Assembly (NCBI RefSeq): GCF_004010195.1
Contig: NC_057758.1
Coordinates: forward strand, 4,590,174 to 4,630,933
DNA: 40,760 nucleotides
Direction of reading: 5' to 3'
DNA from: Chiloscyllium plagiosum
Taxonomy: Eukaryota
Notes under the pieces: model-generated
Told to the model about the DNA's origin: nothing
Databases searched by the model: none
Seen by the model: the letters and a program-made list of their open reading frames with translations, nothing else
Shown: positions 36,596 to 40,760 of the stretch, piece by piece
Layout: each line of letters opens with the position of its first letter
How positions within the stretch are numbered: the first letter of the stretch is position 1
Program-made: the position numbers and the translations under genes

Positions 36596-37596
36596 TTTTC
36601 TATAATTGCAAAGTTAATCGTTGTAATTTACTTGAGCTTTCTATTATTGATTGTTGCAATCAGAGAGAGCAAAGCGTCTTTGAGTCATCTCTGGGTGAGG
36701 TATGGGGACTGCATTCACAGTGAATCTAGGTCTCCAAGATAACCATCAAATGAAACACAAGTTGCAGAGAGGAGACACTCTGTAAAGAGACCAGAGGCGT
36801 CTTTCGAACCCAACTTGGATTTCCAAATAACATTTTCCATTCCGTACCAATCTGTGTGTGACAGTTGTGAGGGATTGAATGAGATCCTGTTTTACTGTGG
36901 ACCAGGTATTGGGAGCAAGTGGCCTCCATCTGCTCCTGTGCATGAGATATAAAGGGCTGAATGCAACATAGGAATATGAGGCTGAGGAACAAGTGTGGAT
37001 CATCAGACAGTTTGTCACTGCTCCACCACGCAGTAAGATCTGATTATGGTCTCAGCAACACTTTTCTGTCTGTGTACCATTTTCCTCCATTCATTTGTCT
37101 GTCAAATGATTAACATACAGAATGTTGAATAAATGGAAATATCCAGGCATCACAAACTTCGGGGGAAGGGAATTCACACTTTAGCAGCACTTTGTGAATC
37201 TCTTGTTCGTGTTCTGACCAATGTTGGAGGGTCACTGATGTCTTTTCCGACTCCTCTACTGGTGAAAGCAAATTTTAAATGCAACTAGTTTAGTGACGTG
37301 GCCAATGATATAAGTCTCAGACTGGGGAATTGTGTAGAAAAATGTGAGATACAGAAAGTTGAACTCTGAACATATGGTAAAATGATAGAGTGTCCCAACT
37401 GTTTTTCTGCCTTTGAAGTTATTCTGCTTACACAAATATCAAGGAACGGGATTTCTTCCCGGAGCAGTTGGATTTGTCTTAATTCCCTTTGCTTCGGGCA
37501 GTGGACAGATTCCTATGAATCCTCATCCGGAAACCTTCAGGAGTGGTAAAGATGACCCAGGGATTTTCTGCTCTTACACCTTGTTTTCAGGCGGAA

Positions 37597-37972
37597 AATG
37601 TGTTGTTGGAAAAGCACAGCAGGGAACAGGAGAATCGACGTTTCGGGCATAAGCCCTTCTTCAGGAATGAGGAAAGTTTGTCCAGCAGGCTAAGATAAAA
37701 GGTAGGGAGGAGGGACTTGGGGGAGGGGCGTCGGAAATGTGATAGGTGGAAAGAGGTCAAGGTGAGGTCAGACTGGGGTGGGGAGGAGAGGTCAGGAAGA
37801 AGATTGCAGGTTAGGAAGGCGGTGCTGACTTCGATGGATTTGACTGAGACAAGGTAGAGGGAGGGGAAATGAGGAAACTGGTGAAATCCGAGTTCATCCC
37901 CTGTGGTTGGAGGGTTCCTCGGCAGAAGATGAGGCGCTCTTCCTCCAACCGTCGTGTTGTTGTGGTCTGGCG
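37597..37972 (-). mobile_element. 5'-truncated Penelope-like element (GIY-YIG C-terminus + 3' pLTR) with 12-bp TSD
   Basis: Minus translation QTTTTRRLEEERLIFCRGTLQPQGMNSDF; TSD tttcaggcggaa at 37585-37596 and 37973-37984. Confidence 0.9.
37632..37669 (-). ncRNA. Minimal type I hammerhead ribozyme-like motif in Penelope pLTR
   Basis: Minus strand CAUUC-CUGAAGA-A-GGGC UUAU GCCC-GAAA-CG-UC-GAUUC; perfect 4-bp stem II. Confidence 0.65.
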
Positions 37973-38299
37973 TTTCAGGCGGAACAAAGTAAGAGAGAGA
38001 TACCAATTGGCTGCTGCTTCTGAGGCAAGTCATAGTTTTCTCCTGGCTGTTTGGAAAAATACAACAATGTCAACTGAGCACCAAACTGGACCATGTGCAC
38101 TCTCCATGAGCATTCTCTGTTGTTGGACACAGTACCTTTCATTAGCAAAACAAAATGTGCACACTTTATAATTTGACGACATGTTTATATGCGTCTGCGT
38201 AATTTTTAAAAATGAGTTGATATCTTCACAATAGTTGTGTTAATATCAATATCAGTCATAAAAATTATTCTCTAGCTTTAGCCTCCTTAACAAGAGAAA

Positions 38300-39000
38300 A
38301 ACTGTATCAGCTGATACACTTTTCTGAAAATCGTGGTTTAATAAGATTTCTCATCTAATACCTAAACAAATAATTCCCGAGAACCAAAAGCCTTCATTTC
38401 AGGAATGGGTAAAGGGAAATCTTCAAAATCTTCAAAAGGAATTATATCCATTTTTAGTTTAGATGAGCAAAACTGCAACCAGTGTATCCGATGTGGTCTC
38501 AGCAATGCCCTGTACACATGCAGTGAAACATTTCTCATTAAACCAAATACCCGTTTCCACAAACAGCGTCATTCCACTTACCTTCCAAATCACTTGCTGC
38601 ATCTGCAGACAGATTTCATATGATTCATGAACCAGGAAAATGTAAAACATCTGCATCACAGAGTTCAGCGATCTCTCTCCATTTAAATCGTTTCCTGCTG
38701 TTCTATCCTTCCCACCCCAACAGACAACTCTTGTTATATTATTTCTGCTGAAGCTTTGCTCACTAACCTTCTCTGTCTATATCACGATGCAGATTCACTA
38801 CCTTCATTTGAAGATATATTGAATGATCATCTTGGTGTCCAAGGTAATTCAGCTTTGATACGTTCAGTCCCTTCATCTAGCTCTTTGATACAGATTATTG
38901 ATCATTGCTGACCCCACAGTGATCTCTGAGGCCAAACTAGTTACATGTTTACAACCTGAAAATAAACAATCATCTCTATTCTCTATTCCCTTTTCGCGAC
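38300..39000 (-). mobile_element. Old CR1 ORF2 fragment
   Basis: Minus ORF LHVYRALLRPHRIHWLQFCSS (LYRALVRPHLEYCVQFWS-like); its right end is shared with 23840-24000. Confidence 0.75.
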
Positions 39001-39197
39001 ATCTTCCCTGTTCCCGCGTAGCAGCTCAGGCGGGTTGAATGGCCTCGTCCTGGGCTGTGCAATGTACTCAACGAGCTGAATTACTTCTTTCCATATTCCT
39101 CTGTAACTCCTTCACGAGCCAAAATGATCTCCTCCCGTCTCGTTGTAATGATCCAGTCTCGCTGAATGGGATGGTCCTCTACCCTGGGCCTCGAATT

Positions 39198-39426
39198 GAG
39201 GAGTGGATTGAGGAAATAACACAAGAGGTAGAGGCAGCAGTATATCTCTGTAACATCCGGGAGGGTGGATTGAGGGGAAAGCACATGGGGTAGGAGAAAT
39301 AGTATATCTGTAACAGCCTCGAGGGTGGATTGAGGGAAAAACACATTAGGTAGGATCAGCAGTTTATCTCTGTAACAGCATCTAAGGGTGGATTGAGGGA
39401 ACAACACATGGGTTAGGAGAAGCAGT
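39198..39426 (+). repeat. ~60-63-bp tandem repeat, about 3.7 copies
   Basis: g(a/g)gtggattgagg...acaca...gtag...agt.tatct(ct)gtaaca starting at 39198, 39261, 39321, 39384. Confidence 0.9.
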
Positions 39427-39797
39427 TGGCCATTCGGCGGCACCATTCAGAATGGTCATGGCTGATCCGATTGTGTCTGGCCATCTGTCTCCTCTCTGTT
39501 CCCAAAAAATATTGACTCTCCTGTTCAGCAAAGATCCGTCGAGCTCAGCCGATGAATATCTTCAATAAACGAGTCTTCACTTCTCCCTGAGGATGAGGGC
39601 ACCACAGGTAGCACAACACTAAAGGGAAAGGGACATGCTTAATTCATTGTTGGTCCAATTATTTTAAAAATGTGTGAACCTCACATCAAATCACTGCTCC
39701 TTTTCGAATATAAGGATACAATGACTAGGAATAGACATGAACTATCCTGGCCTCCAACCCTGTCTCACATTACCACTGACTCATTCCAATCAAATAC

Positions 39798-40760
39798 GTT
39801 CCAAACCAAAGGAGTAGCCATGGGCACCCGCATGGGCCCCAGCTATGCCTGCCTCTTTGTTGGATATGTGGAACAGTCCACCTTCCGCAGATACACTGGC
39901 ACCACTCTTCACCTTTTCCTCTGCTACATCAATGATTGTATTGGCGCTACCTCGTGCTCCCACGAGGAGGTTGAACAGTTCATCCACTTTGAACACCTTC
40001 CACCCCGACCTCAAATTTACCTGGGCCGTCTCAGACTCCACCCTCCCCTTCCTAGACATCTCCATTTCTATCTCGGGCATCTGACTCAACACAGACATTT
40101 ACTACAAACCGAACGACTCCCACAGCTACCTAGATTACACCTCCTCCCACCCTGCCCCCTGTAAAAATGCCATCCCATATTCCCAATCCCTCTGCCTCCG
40201 CCGCATCTGCTCCCAGGAGGACCAATTCCACTACCGAACAACTCAAATGGCCTCCTTCTTCAAAGACCACAATTTCCCCTCAGATGTGGTCGATGACGCT
40301 CTCCACCACATCACCACCACTTCTCGCACTTCCGCCCTTGAACCCCGCCCCTGCAATCGCCACCAGGGCAGAACCCCACTGGTCCTCACCTTCCACCCTA
40401 CCAACCTCCGAATACATCGTACCATCCTCCGTTATTTCCGCCATTATATATATTTCCCTCTCCACCCCTATCAGCATTCAGGAGAGACCACTCCCTCCGC
40501 GACTCCCTCGTCAAGTCCATACCCCCACCAACCCAACCTCCACTCCCAGCACCATCTCCTGCAACTGCAAGAAGTGCAAAACTGGCGCCCACACCTTCCC
40601 CTGACCTCCCTCCAAGGCCCCAATGGATCCTTCTGTATCCGTCGCAAATTCACTTGCACCTTACACACATCATTTATTGTATCCGCTGCACTCAATGTGG
40701 TCTCCTCTACATTAGGGAGAAGGCGGCCTACTTGCAGAACGTTTCAGGGAACACCTCTGG
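39798..40760 (+). mobile_element. Decayed Penelope-like retroelement: RT C-terminal half and start of the GIY-YIG endonuclease, running off the window
   Basis: QTKGVAMGTRMGPSYACLF, CYINDC (YIDD-like), LPFLDISI, YKPNDSHSYLDYTSSHP, IPYSQ..LRRICS, IYCIRCTQCGLLYI; frameshifted. Confidence 0.93.

Overview
Repeat-dense vertebrate genomic DNA with four N gaps (5779-6278, 14460-14660, 19970-20687, 28575-29074). The repeat repertoire (CR1 LINEs, an HE1/V-SINE-type tRNA SINE, Penelope-like elements, solo LTRs) points to a cartilaginous fish; this is an inference. I found no intact protein-coding gene, and nearly every ORF in the track is a TE fragment, a satellite read-through or an N-spanning artefact. 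The hidden organisation is an old, large tandem unit that recurs about three times, with the same landmark at ~1, ~24.7 kb and ~39.4 kb. The two units seen in full carry a decayed, intron-containing Myb/SANT-like gene of PIF/Harbinger type on the minus strand; three copies are visible because a ~5 kb block is also repeated across the first gap. Each copy is followed by a 65-bp hairpin-rich satellite, expanded to ~80 copies at 30.7-36.15 kb but degenerate and split by a CR1 in the other unit. Other notable items: Penelope termini with minimal hammerhead ribozyme cores (one in a 78-bp-arm palindrome inserted on the Myb start codon), a near full-length decayed CR1 (19.4-23.3 kb), and a 42-bp repeat reading as a 14-aa (D/E)WN peptide repeat. 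All family assignments are by eye, without database searches.
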